From Chiloscyllium plagiosum (taxonomy: Eukaryota), in the NCBI RefSeq assembly GCF_004010195.1, contig NC_057719.1, forward strand, positions 69,960,719 to 70,024,718: a DNA stretch of 64,000 nucleotides, written 5' to 3'. Position 1 is the first letter of the stretch. Every line of letters starts with the position of its first letter. Shown piece by piece: positions 39,171 to 51,061 of the stretch. A program made the position numbers and the translations under genes. The notes under the pieces are model-generated. The model saw only the letters and a list, made by a program, of their open reading frames with translations. It ran no database searches and was not told where the DNA came from.

Positions 39171-40224
39171 TCCACAGCCACAGCGTCTCCTGGAGTGCTG
39201 TTGGGGCCCCAATGACAAGGTAAGTGCTGGCAATAAGGTACTCAAATGGTCAGCCGCCTGGTCTGCAGCCACCAGCATGTCGACCAGCTAAGGGTGCATG
39301 GTGCTTCAGGAACAGGGGAGTCCAAGATAGTCACTGATCTTGTTAGCAAGCCTCCAAACGCTTTAGGTGCTGGGGACCTGTCAGCATAGATACATACAGC
39401 TTCTTATCTAAGTGTGCCAATGGTTTTGGTGAGAGAGGCCAGCAATGCCTTGTCCATCTCACTCCCTTTTTCATCCTTGCACTAGAAAATGGCACTGGAT
39501 TCTAGGGAGAGGAATAATGAAGAGGTCCTGCTTATCATTCTCACAGCCAGAGTAGAGGAGACCACAGTCTCCCCAAGAGCAAGGCTGTGTCAGAATATAG
39601 TGATGGAGATACTACCAAGCTCTGTTGTTGAAGCTGGAGATAAAGAAGCTCAAGACGCCTGTAATTATAGCAGCTCTAGCCAGGACATGACAAGCTGCGA
39701 TGGGAGATCTGAAATATTCCTCAATTGACCTTCTGCCTAAATAGGTATATCTCTGGCAGCATGGATTTTCGAATCTCTGCAAATAGTTTCTTCTTCACTA
39801 TTTACTTGATGCTGAAGATATAGCCTTTGTCACCTTCCTACTCCTGCCCTCCTGTAACTAGAGATTCTGTATCTCCCCTCAGGATATCAATCCTCATCGC
39901 TATTTGTTCCTGCCTCTGAGTATCTTAATTCCATGTTCAGTTCTTCTTCCTTGCAGTTAACTGCACTCACATTGATTACTGGACAACCCACTAATGATCT
40001 CATGATCTTCTTCAGGGATCTGCCATACACGATACTCATTTCACACAATAATACCAGTGGACCAGTCCTAAGAGCCACTGTTAGCCATGCTCTGTTTCAC
40101 AGGCTCACCAAGTTGAATGGCATAGCCAAAATTAGCTCCTGCTGTGCTGCTGTCTCTTTCTGTTCAGACTGTTTCTGATCCATCCTATAATACATGGCCA
40201 CCAACAAAAATTCCAATTGATCCT

Positions 40225-40577
40225 TGACAATCATCACTGGACTGTTAGTCGAGAGACCAAGGTAATGTTCTGGCAATCCGGGTTTAAATCCCACCATGGC
40301 AGATGGTGAAGGAGATGGGAACCAGCATCCGTCCAGTTCAGGTTAATGGCCAATAATTTCTTCATGAGTTTGACCTTTTTTTTAAATTCATTAAATAAAA
40401 ATCTTGAATTAAGAATCTAATGAAGACCAGGAATCCATTGTCGAACCCATCTGGTTCACTTGTGTCCTTTAGGTAAGGAAACAGCTTTCCTCACCTGGTC
40501 TGACCTAGGTGTGACTCCAGACCCACAGCAATGTGGTTGACACTTAGGGATGGGCAATAAATGCTGGCTTAGCTGAC
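40225..40577 (+). mobile_element. tRNA-headed SINE-like element containing an inverted copy of its 3' flank
   Basis: Same family as 38823-39170; foreign segment at 40305-40375. Confidence 0.75.
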
Positions 40578-41339
40578 AAATTGTTCGCCATTAACCTGAA
40601 CTGGTTGGATACTGGTTCCCACCTCCTTCACCCTTCCTGTGCAAAATAACCAACAATCCGAATAGTGACAGCAATCTGAGTTGTGTCAGTTTGCACAGTC
40701 ATGTTTAGGGACATTTCACAACAATGGACTAACTGGCATCAGTCTGATGGTTAAGTTGGCAAATGCCATTTGGCAAAACTGCTGAACTCCAATATTGACT
40801 TTACATTGGGTCTGGGAACTTTTGGGAAGAACTAAGGCAATGTCAGAAGGAATAGATTGTAGGTAAAATATACAAAGCAGTGGGATGGACCTCTTAAATC
40901 AGGATTGATTGAGCTCACAGGAAGGTTTGAAGAATGGATCAGAAGAGATCTAGGAAAGAATTGAGCTATCTCCAAACATTCCCATTAATGCAAGAAAGAA
41001 ACAGCAGACAAAATTTGGATCACTTTGGAAATGTATGTTTTATACAAAGTGCTTTTACCAGCGATCCTGCATCTTTGCTCTGATACTCTTTAAACAATCT
41101 TGGTGCCAGGTTAAAGAGTAAAAAGAGAAAGGCTGTTTGGCTGCTGCTGCTTTATTGTCAACTTCATAGCAAAAGTACAACCCTCACCTCAGAGCTAATC
41201 TCTGGCATCTATGTTACCACTGCAAGTATTTGGATGACCAGTTTCTGTTATAGTGAAACCGACCTTGAGTGCGCATCTAAGGTAGTTGATTGGAAATATT
41301 GCATGAGTTCTAGTCAGGAGGAAGAACAGCACAATGAAC

Positions 41340-41725
41340 AACAGCTTTTATTTATATAGTACCTTTAATGGAATAAAACATCCAAAAATTCTTCACTGAC
41401 ACATTGTGAAGTAATGCATGATGCTAAGCCACATAACCAAAGGATTGTCCATGAAAGATATTTTAAAGGGGTGTCTTAAAGGGAGTGTGGGTCAAGAGAT
41501 GGAGAGGTGAAGGCTGTGGTGAGTCCGGGGAGATTCTTGATGTTGAAGCAACTGTAGGTGGACCCACCAAAGATTGAGTAATTAAATTCAAAGAGGCTCA
41601 ACGGGCTACAACTGGAGAAGTGCAGATGTCTCAGAGACTTGTGGGGCTGGAGGAGATTACAGAGATAGGGAGGGGTAAGGCCATTGAGAGAGTTGGTGAA
41701 ACAAAGATGAGAATTTAAAATTATA
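41340..41725 (-). mobile_element. Old L2-like 3' remnant (related pieces at ~45500-45670 and ~62730-63050)
   Basis: TTTATTTATATAGTACCTTTAATG...CTTCAC...TTAAAGGGGTGTCTTAAAGG...GGAGATTACAGAGATAGGGAGGGG. Confidence 0.5.
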
Positions 41726-42391
41726 GTGAGTTGAAACTGACCTTTTTTATTGAATCATGTTGAGATTTTGGAGGGGTTCTCACCACAAGACCTTGTGGGA
41801 TGTCTCACCCCATCTTACCAAGCTGGCATCATTAATTACCTACCCAGTTCCTCTGGCATTCCTCATGTCTGATTTCCACCAGATCTAACTCCACATGCTG
41901 TTCCCACAGCAACTCACCACTGAGCAGATCTCAGCCGAAACATCAGCGTCCCTTGTGACCATGCCAGCTTTAAGAGGCCATTGTGAAACCAGGCACTGGC
42001 ATTCCGAAATGGCCCTGCTCAGTCAACCCCTTTTTTGCACCACCCAATCCAATGGGACCTCCTGTTGGAGAATTGCAGTGCCATCTTCCCCTTTTCCATG
42101 TCTTGTGCTAACACTACGGGGTCCTCTCCTGCCTGGGGCTGTGCAGGTGCTTGTTCCCTGGCAGTCCTCCGAGTGCCAGTGGCCTGGTGCGTTACTTCGT
42201 TGGCTGGCTGAGTTGGGTTTTGCACTGTGAATGCTATCAGTTTCTGAGACACCAATGCTAGGCTGTTACATATTCAGTCAGTTTATGCTAGGCTGATTGA
42301 TTTGTGTTTAAACAGAATATTCCATGATTTTTATAAACAATTCCATATGTATATTGTGCATGCTTCTTACTGAATCTTCTTCAGACAGAAA

Positions 42392-42975
42392 CTTAGAATA
42401 TAGGAGCAGGAATGGGCCATACAGCCATTGAGTCTGCTCCATCATTCAATATGTCTGATTCTCACTAACCTCTTCCCACTTTTACCCGGTGCTCTTTAAT
42501 CCCTTCACATTATATTCAGTCCATTATTCAGCCTCAATCTCTTTATTTAGCAAAGAAATCCATAGACTCTGTCTGGGTGAAGAAATGTCTTCTCAACTCA
42601 GTCCGAAATGACCTACTCCGTCTCGGTGAACTGCTGGCTGTGAATTCCCTGGTCATTGGAACATCCTTCCTGTGTTGATCCTGTCTAGTCCTGTTAGAAA
42701 TTTATAGATTTCCATGAGATCACCTCTCAGTCTTCTAAACTGCAGTGAGTATAGACCTAACCAATCCAGTGTCTCTTCATAGTTCAGTCCTGCCATCCCA
42801 GAAATCAGTTTGGTCAGCCTTTTTTGCACCGCCTCCATAAATTAAATACCTTTCCTTAGATAAGGAGGCCAAAATTGCACACAATACTGCAGGTATGGTC
42901 TGACTAAGGCCCTGTACACTTACAGCAAGACATCCCTGTTCCTGAATTTGAATCCTCTCACTATGAAAATTTTCC
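42392..42975 (-). mobile_element. CR1 LINE 3' fragment
   Basis: ORF 42653-42838 (EAVQKRLTKLISGM...LYSLQFRRLRGDL). Confidence 0.85.
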
Positions 42976-45690
42976 CAGATACACTCCAATGTCCAGCGAT
43001 ACATGAATTCAAACAGCAAAGGCAGTAACTGTGCAGGTTCTCTCTCTCTCTCACACTCTCCTGCACTGTCCTCACCATGTGCTTCCTTTGTCAGATCTTT
43101 ATTAAACTCAATTTTCCTTATTGGATAAATAAAATCCTCTATTCAACCTGAAACAAGTTTGCATATTTCATTTTGTGAAGTAGCTCTAGCTCTAGCATGT
43201 AAGATGGGGATACCCCCACTAAAATAATCTATAATTTTAAACTTCACCCAAACTTGATCGCGTTCAATTTTACAAAGTAAATTTCTATATTTAAATATTT
43301 ATAACTTTAGAATTAATCAATATAAAATTATGTACTTTTGGTTGTGTAATTAAAAGATGTATGTTTGGAAGCTTGTGAAGAGAAAATATAACCATGGGTC
43401 AAATTTTAATCTGAGTTTGGGAAAATGAATAAACATGAGCCATGTCACTTTATGAAGTTCTTGCCTCCTTTCACACAGGGGATGAGTTCACAATGCATTT
43501 TGTCAGTCATGATGGAAGGCATGCAGTCAGGTTGCACAAGCCTGTGGTCAGAGGCCCACGTCAGTTATCCAATACAGCACCTGAGCTCCAAAAATCAGTT
43601 CAGGGTCTCCTAAAATTCACCCCTCTAACCCCACGCTACCCCAGGTCACCTCACACAATATTAATAAAACAAACGATCTGCTGATGAGCTCATTGCTGGT
43701 GTGGAACCTTGCTACATGTGAACTTGCTGCTGCATTTCCCTACTTTACAACAGTGAATATACATCAAAGGAATGAATTGGCTGCAAAATGCTCTGAGGCA
43801 CTTGAAAGCTGGTAAGGGCATAGTTCTCAATGCATGCTTTCCTTTTCTTTTTACTTGCATTTGTGTGATGCTTACTTTACTGCATACTCTCCACACCTCA
43901 CCAATGCTGCACGTGATTCTTCATCCCACACCTTGTCATCACATGTCCTCTCTCTGCATCATCCAAATATCTTCCCTAGTTGCTCACCTAGCATGCACGA
44001 TTTGCAGTTCTCGGAAGCCATTCAATCATAATATGAATTATTTTAAAATTATTGGAAAACTATTAAGCGTCTAATAACCTAACTAGATCTGAACACCAAT
44101 GAACTATTATTGATTCTGAACCAAAAGTTGCAAAGTTGAAAAAAGTTGTAATTCTAACTGCCTACTAAGTCTGTAACAAACAAGTAAGCAAAGAACTTCT
44201 TTAAAGCACTACTTGATACATTATGATGCTTTACCCTTGGAAAGTAACAGTAAAACCCTGTGAACTCTTATGTAATACGAGTCAATGTAAGGGTCACTGG
44301 ATCAGTGTAGAACATCCTGCTGATCAATTGCTTTAAAAAACATTACATTGCAGAATCTAATAATGACAGTTGAAGTGTCAAAATATTTTTACACTTTTTT
44401 TCAGAATGTTTCTGCCATGTCTGCAGACTTTCCATTTCTTCATGATCTTTAAAAATTGGCATCTTTTTCAAGCACTTCCAGAGCACAGCATCACCAGTTA
44501 AAAATAGTGTGGAGGAGGAGATTTAATTTTCATTCCCAGTTTAAACAAAGAACCCAACCTCTCTGGGGGGGTGGGGGTGGGGGGGGGCAGGAGTGCATTT
44601 TACACTCTTGGCATTCACAATAGCAGAACTGTTAGAGGAAAACAGTATAGAAAAATAAGATGTCCTTCAAAAAATGAGCGTGGACAAACAAGTCTCCATA
44701 TCTGGACCAAGAGTTGGCCCTGTATCTTTATGCATTGTCGAGATTTCTTAATGCTCTCAAGAGCATTGCATAACTGTGTAACAGTGATTACTAGTTTCAG
44801 TTTTTCATTTCTGGGACTGGCAGATTGTTTAGATTTACCCTGGCTCAGGCAAGGGATAGGCTGACAAAGAAAAATGTAGTATTCAAATTTTGAACTACTG
44901 AGGCAAGTTTTTTTTAAAAAAAGATTTATTCCTCCAGAAGCCTGTGAGAGATCATGAAAACAAACCGATGTCCTTCACGTCTGTGGGACTATTTTAATAT
45001 GTGAAATAACCTTTAAGATAATTTGGGTTCGCAAAGTATAATTTTCCATTTCAACATTGTTTATTCCCAAGGATTTTGATTTGGGTGTTACTCCAAAAAA
45101 AAATGTTTGTATTCCACCAGAAACCATAAATTCAATTTAAGTTCAACAAAAATTCAATTTAATTTTGGTGCTTCGGGAAAAGTTACTCAGATGTAATCTG
45201 CGCAAAAAAAATAATTATTGATTACCAATTTAAAATAGTGAACTGTCACTGCTGCTAAATAAAATTCTGAACAGAGTATAAAGGCAGTCACGTTATAAGT
45301 AGAGCAGACGTAGGATTTATTTAAATCAGCATGGTTACCTTGTTGCCAAGGAATAGATGATTATTTTATGAGGTGGCAGAGTGGAGGACTTCTTTTTAAC
45401 AGAATAGCTGTCAAAAAAACAGTTTCTACTTCATCTGCTGCAAGGCACAGCTGCCAATGATGATCTATTACAAATCAAGAATGTGCAAGAATTATGGGAT
45501 CAGAGGAATACAGAGAATGGAGAGGGTTGTCAGACTGGAGAAGACTGCAGAGATAGCAAGGGGCTAGCTGATAGAAGGATTTGAAAAAGAGCATCCAACT
45601 TTAAAATTGAACGTTTTCTAGAGTGGAAGTCAACATGGGTCAGCAAGTAGGCAGGTTATCTTTAAATCGGGTGAAGAGTATAGTAGCGTT

Positions 45691-46011
45691 TTAGATTAGA
45701 TTAGATTAGATTACTTACAGTGTGGAGACAGGCCCTTCGGCCCAACAAGTCCACACCGCCCCGCCGAAGCGCAACCCACCCATACCCCTACATTTACCCC
45801 TTACCTAACACTACGGGCAATTTAGCGTGGCCAATTCACCTGACCTGCACATATTTGGACTGTGGGAGGAAACCGGAGCACCCGGAGGAAACCCACGCAG
45901 ACACGGGGAGAACGTGCAAACTCCACACAGTCAGTCGCCTGAGTCGGGAATTGAACCCGGGTCTCAGGCGCTGTGAGGCAGCAGTGCTAACCACTGTGCC
46001 ACCGTGCCGCC
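45691..46011 (-). mobile_element. Young HE1-type V-SINE
   Basis: CpG-rich full-length copy, (GATTA)n tail, TSD AGCGTT at 45685-45690 and 46012-46017. Confidence 0.95.
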
Positions 46012-46654
46012 AGCGTTACTGGCGTTGTCACTAAGAATCACACAGGCTAATGTTCTGAGGTCATAGTATCAAATTCCATTAACAAATGGTGAAATGTGAA
46101 TTAGCCTAATGGTTCCTATGGAACCATGTCCAAATGTCCTAAAAACCCACCTGGTTCACAGAGAAGGAAATCTTCCATCCTTCCCTGGTCTGGATTTTAT
46201 GTGATTCTTGTCAAACAGCAATCTGGTTGACTCTTTAATACTCTCTGAAATGGCCCCGCAAAACATTCAACTGTATGTAGCTGCTACAAAGTCGAGAATA
46301 AAGGAATAAAACCAGATGGACCACCTCGGGTTGACCTAGGCATCAAAAAGACCTCCAAGTTAACATCTGGGTGTTTATGCCAAAACTGGGTGAGCTGTCT
46401 GACAGACTAATCAAGCCACAACCTGACACAGTCATGCTCACAGAATTATACCTTACAAAATCACAGGTACTACCTTCACCACCCCTAGGCATGTCCTGTC
46501 CCACCTGGAGACAGACCCACTATATGTACTGAAACAACTGTATACAGTCGGGAAGGAGTTGTCCCTGGGAGTCCTCAACACTGACTCTGGCCTGCATGAC
46601 ATCTCATTACATTAGGTCAAACGTGGGCAAAGAAACCTCAGGCTGATTAATAGC

Positions 46655-46905
46655 CGATGAGGGGAAACTTCTTCACCCAGAGAGTGGTGGCTGTGTGGAA
46701 TGGTCTGCCTCAGAGGGCAATGGAGGCCCAGTCTCTGGATTCATTTAAGAAAGAGTTATATAGAGCTCTAAAGGATTGTGGAATCAAGGGTAATGGAGAT
46801 AAGACAGGAACAGGATACTGATTAAGGATGATCAGCCATGATCATATTGAATGGTGGTGCAGGCTCGAAGGGCAGAATGGCCTACTCCTGCACCTATTGT
46901 CTTTT
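46655..46905 (+). mobile_element. CR1 3' end
   Basis: GAAACTTCTTCACCCAGAGAGTGGTG...GGCTCGAAGGGCAGAATGGCCTACTCCTGCACCTATTGTC. Confidence 0.85.
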
Positions 46906-47252
46906 GACTTCCCAACACCCCCACTCAATGAATCTGCATTCTTCCATATTGAGCACTAACTGAAGAAAACACTGAGGATTGCAAGGAGACCGATGTGCTC
47001 TGAGCAGGGCATGTCAATACTCATCACCCAGAATGGCTTGGTAGCAGCACTAGTGTTGAAACAGTTGTCAATGTCATAACGAACATAGCAGCTAGCATCA
47101 ACAGCAAGTGGTGAGTGGACCAATGAGAAAAAAAAGATTGACTTGATCTTATCCTCAGTGGAGAAAGTGAGGTCTGCAGATGCTGGAGATCAGAGCGGGA
47201 AATGTGTTGCTGGAAAAGCGCAGCAGGTCAGGCAGCATCCAAGGAGCAGGAG

Positions 47253-47288
47253 AATCGACGTTTCGGGCATAAGCCCTTCTTCAGGAAT
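47253..47288 (-). ncRNA. Minimal hammerhead ribozyme motif, intact core (family A)
   Basis: ATTC CTGAAGA A GGGC-TTAT-GCCC GAAAC GTC GATT. Confidence 0.8.
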
Positions 47289-47370
47289 GAGGAAAGTGTG
47301 TCCAGCAGGCTAAGATAAAAGGTAGGGAGGAGGGACTTGGGGGAGGGGCTTTGGAAATGCGATAGGTGGA

Positions 47371-47768
47371 NNNNNNNNNNNNNNNNNNNNNNNNNNNNNN
47401 NNNNNNNNNNNNNNNNNNNNNNNNNNNNNNNNNNNNNNNNNNNNNNNNNNNNNNNNNNNNNNNNNNNNNNNNNNNNNNNNNNNNNNNNNNNNNNNNNNNN
47501 NNNNNNNNNNNNNNNNNNNNNNNNNNNNNNNNNNNNNNNNNNNNNNNNNNNNNNNNNNNNNNNNNNNNNNNNNNNNNNNNNNNNNNNNNNNNNNNNNNNN
47601 NNNNNNNNNNNNNNNNNNNNNNNNNNNNNNNNNNNNNNNNNNNNNNNNNNNNNNNNNNNNNNNNNNNNNNNNNNNNNNNNNNNNNNNNNNNNNNNNNNNN
47701 NNNNNNNNNNNNNNNNNNNNNNNNNNNNNNNNNNNNNNNNNNNNNNNNNNNNNNNNNNNNNNNNNNNN
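47371..47768. other. Assembly gap (398 N)
   Basis: Run of N. Confidence 1.
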
Positions 47769-48111
47769 CATCCAAGGAGCAGGAGAATTGATGTTTCGGT
47801 CATAAGCCCTTCTTCAGGAAAGAGGGAAGTGTGTCCAGCAGGCTAAGATAAAAGGTAGGGAGGAGGGACTTGGGGGAGGGGCGTTGGAAATGCGATAGGT
47901 GGAAGGAGGTCAAGGTGAGGGTGATAGGCCGGAGTGGGGTGGGGGCGGAGAGGTCCACCCCACTCCGGCTTCTTCCTGACCTCTCCGCCCCCACCCCACT
48001 CCGGCCTATCACCCTCACCTTGACCTCCTTCCACCTATCGCATTTCCAACGCCCCTCCCCCAAGTCCCTCCTCCCTACCTTTTATCTTAGCCTGCTGGAC
48101 ACACTTACCTC

Positions 48112-48147
48112 ATTCCTGAAGAAGGGCTTATGCCCGAAACGTCGATT
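48112..48147 (+). ncRNA. Minimal hammerhead ribozyme motif, intact core (family A)
   Basis: ATTC CTGAAGA A GGGC-TTAT-GCCC GAAAC GTC GATT. Confidence 0.8.
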
Positions 48148-48310
48148 CTCCTGCTCCTTGGATGCTGCCTGACGTGCTCCCCTTTTCCAGCAACATATTT
48201 TCAGCTCTTATCCTCAGTGACCTACCTGTCCATGACAGTATCGTTGTAGTTTTTGGAGGTCAGTCACAGCAGCTTTAGGAATCACTACAGGAGTTTCTCA
48301 GGGTAGTGTC

Positions 48311-48645
48311 ACAGAATCATGGAAACCCTACAGTGTGGAAGCAGGCCATTCAGCCCATCAAGTCCACACCAACCCTCCAAACAGCATCCCACACCGACCT
48401 AGCTCTCTATCTTTTCCTGTAATCCGAGATTTCCCATGGCTAATCCACGTCGCTAGCACATTCCTGGACACTATGGGCAATGTAGCAAGGCCAATCCACT
48501 TAACCTGCACACCTTTGGACTATGGGAGGAAACAACAGCAGCTGATGGAAACCCTAGTGGATACAGGCAATTGCCTGAGGCTGAAATTGAACTTGAGTCA
48601 GTGGCTCTGTGAGGCAGCAGTGCTAACCATGCCACCCACTGTATC
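48311..48645 (-). mobile_element. Older HE1-related SINE
   Basis: CAGTGTGGAAGCAGGCCATTCAGCCC...TGTGAGGCAGCAGTGCTAACCA. Confidence 0.8.
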
Positions 48646-49104
48646 TTAGTTCCAACTATCTTCAGCTGCTTCATCAATGTCCTTCCCTCCAGCTTGAGCT
48701 TAGAAATGGGGAAATTCAATGATGATTACACAATATTCAGCATTCACCATCTTGGATATTGGAGCAGTCTGTGTCCAAAGGCAACAAGGCCTGAATAGTA
48801 TCCAGGGTTCGGCTAATAAATAGCAAATACCATTCACACTACACATGTTAGGCAGTGACGATCTCCAACATGACAGAGTCTAGCATCAGCTCTTGATATT
48901 CTATGGCATTTTGACCGTTCATTTCCCCAACGTGGAATTTTATGATGGCTAACTTACCTTCAGTCTCCCTAAGGCTTGTCAACAGTGAACAAATTCAGGA
49001 ATGTTTTGGGACATTCTTACCTGGATTGTGCAGCTCCAACAACACTCAAGAAACACAATACCATCCAGGGCAGAACAGCTTACTTGACTGCATCCATCAA
49101 CACC

Positions 49105-51061
49105 TCAACAGACTGCTGTGCACTCTGCTTCACAGAAACCTGGCTCAACACATCCATTCCCGACTGCGCACTTAAGGCTGATGGTTTTTCTATCCATTGT
49201 ATGGACCGGAAAGCATCCTCAGGTAAGACAAAGGATGGAGGGGTTTGCTGTTTTATCAACAACTTGTGGTGCATGGACATTGCAACCCTGGGCAGCCATT
49301 TCTCCCCAAACCTTGAATTCCTCAGCATCAAATACCACCCCTTCTATCTACCATGGGAATTTACCGCTGCTATACTAACTGCTGTGTATATACCACCACA
49401 AGCAAAGGTTGAGGAAGTTCTGGATGTGCTGTCCTCCACCACTAACACTTTGGAGACGGAACAACCCAAGGCCCTGTTTATTGTAACTGGCGACTTTAAT
49501 CAAGCCAATCTAAGGAAGGTGTTGCCCAAGTACCACCAGAACATTACCTGCCCTAGCATTTCAGACCACTGCTAGACCACTGCGAAAAATGCCTACCGCT
49601 CCATACCCTGTCCTCATTTTGGGAACTCCGACCACAATGCTGTATTTCTTCTCCCGGCTTACAAGCAAAAGGTCAAGCAGGAGACCTCCTCTTGGATACA
49701 GGTCCAGTGTTGTTCGGAGGAGGCAGAGGATCAGCTCCGGTGCTGTCTAGAATCGGCTGATTGGGCCGTGTTCAAACAGGCCGCAGGTACCTTGGATGAG
49801 TACGCTACCACCGTCACAGACTTTATCAGCAAGTGTGTGGAGGACTGCATACCAAGGAAGTCAAACCAGGTATTCCCCAACAGGAAACTTTGGATGAATC
49901 AGGACATACAGAACCTGCTAAAAACCAGGTGTGAGGCCTTCAGATCAGGAGACCCACTCAAATATAAGGAATCCAAGTATGACCTTCGCAGAGCCATTAA
50001 GACAGCCAAGGATCAATACCGATCCAAACTAGAGACCCAGACAGATACCCGGTTACTATGGCAAGGACAGAATTACATCACAAGTTCTAAAAAGAGACAG
50101 TGCAAGATAACAGACAATGACACTTCCCTCCTAGGTCATCTCAACACCTTCTATGCTCGCTTTTAGTGGAATTTCGGCGGAGAGGTAACACCTATTCTGA
50201 CAAGTCCTGACGAATCTATCCCAACAGTCACTGCATCAGAGGTTAGGTCAGTTTTCCTTCTTGTGAATCCAAGGAAAGTGATGGGACCAGATAGAGTGAC
50301 AGGCCGTGCAGTCAGGGTATGCACAAGTCAACTGGCAGAGGTCTTCTCAGACATCTTCGACCTCTCCCTGCAGCAGGTCACTGTCTCTGCCTGTTTCCAG
50401 AGGGCCAAAATCATCCCTGTGCCTAAGAAGGCTCATACAGCATGTCTCAATGACTACCACCCAGTGGCCAGAACTTCAGTGGTCATGAAGTGCTTTAAAA
50501 GGCTGGTCATGTCATTAAGGAGAAAGTGAGGTCTGCAGATGCTGGTCATGTCATTAATCAACTCCAGCCTCCCCACTACTCTTGACCCACTCCAATTTGC
50601 CTATTGGACCAACAGATCCATGTCAGATGACATATCACTTGCCCTTCACCCCTCCCTAGAACATCTTGACACCAAGAACAGCTATGTAAGAATCCCACTC
50701 ATTGATTACAGTTCAGCTTTCAACTTTATTATCCCCTCGAGACTGATTACTAAAATTAGTGATCTTGGATTGAGTCCCACTCTCTGCAACTGGATCCTCA
50801 GTTTCCTGACCCACAGGCCACAATTAGTGATGATTAGGGACAATATTTCATCCTCACTGACACTCAACACTGGAGCCCCCAGGGTTGCGTACTTAGCCCA
50901 CTACTGTACTCACTGTATACGCATGACAGCGTCACCAAATACCAGACTAATGCCACTTACAAGATCGTGGATGAAACCACCATAGTCGGTTGAATTTCAG
51001 ATGCGATGAAACCGACTACAGCCGGGAGGTGGAAGACCTGGAAAAATGGTGCACTGAGAAC
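49105..51061 (+). mobile_element. Rex1/Babar-clade LINE, internal EN-RT fragment (pseudogene)
   Basis: CFTETWL, GGVCCFINNLWC, VYIPP, GDFNQANL, TDFISKCVEDCIP, IIPVPKK..CLNDYHPVA.TSVVMKCF.RLV, LDPLQFAY, IDYSSAFN, WILSFLT.RPQ. Confidence 0.85.
50519..50540 (-). mobile_element. 22-bp PLE family A tip insertion with 17-bp TSD
   Basis: GCTGGTCATGTCATTAA (50502-50518) + GGAGAAAGTGAGGTCTGCAGAT + GCTGGTCATGTCATTAA (50541-50557). Confidence 0.85.

Larger units (their letters stand above)
47161..48205. mobile_element. Young PLE family A long fold-back insertion spanning an assembly gap
   Basis: 14-bp TSD TCTTATCCTCAGTG at 47147-47160 and 48206-48219; ~185-bp near-perfect inverted arms 47769-47955 / 47978-48165. 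Confidence 0.9.

Noticed and set aside
39200..40200. Possible Harbinger- or LTR-derived coding remnants (also 15350-16040, 41800-42230, 52820-53380)
   Set aside because: Too decayed to assign by eye; no diagnostic motif found
45720..46034. Recurrent peptides such as DCGRKPEHPEETHADTGRTCKLHT in several ORFs
   Set aside because: Translations of the non-coding HE1 SINE
47228..47846. Long ORFs of 141-191 aa
   Set aside because: Artefacts of translating through the N gap
47800..48172. Near-identical ORFs on both strands (MGEGRWKCDRW...)
   Set aside because: Consequence of the DNA palindrome, not coding
48976..49575. 199-aa ORF as a novel gene
   Set aside because: Chance in-frame fusion: the first ~43 aa are decayed host-LINE RT C-terminus and the rest is Rex1 endonuclease
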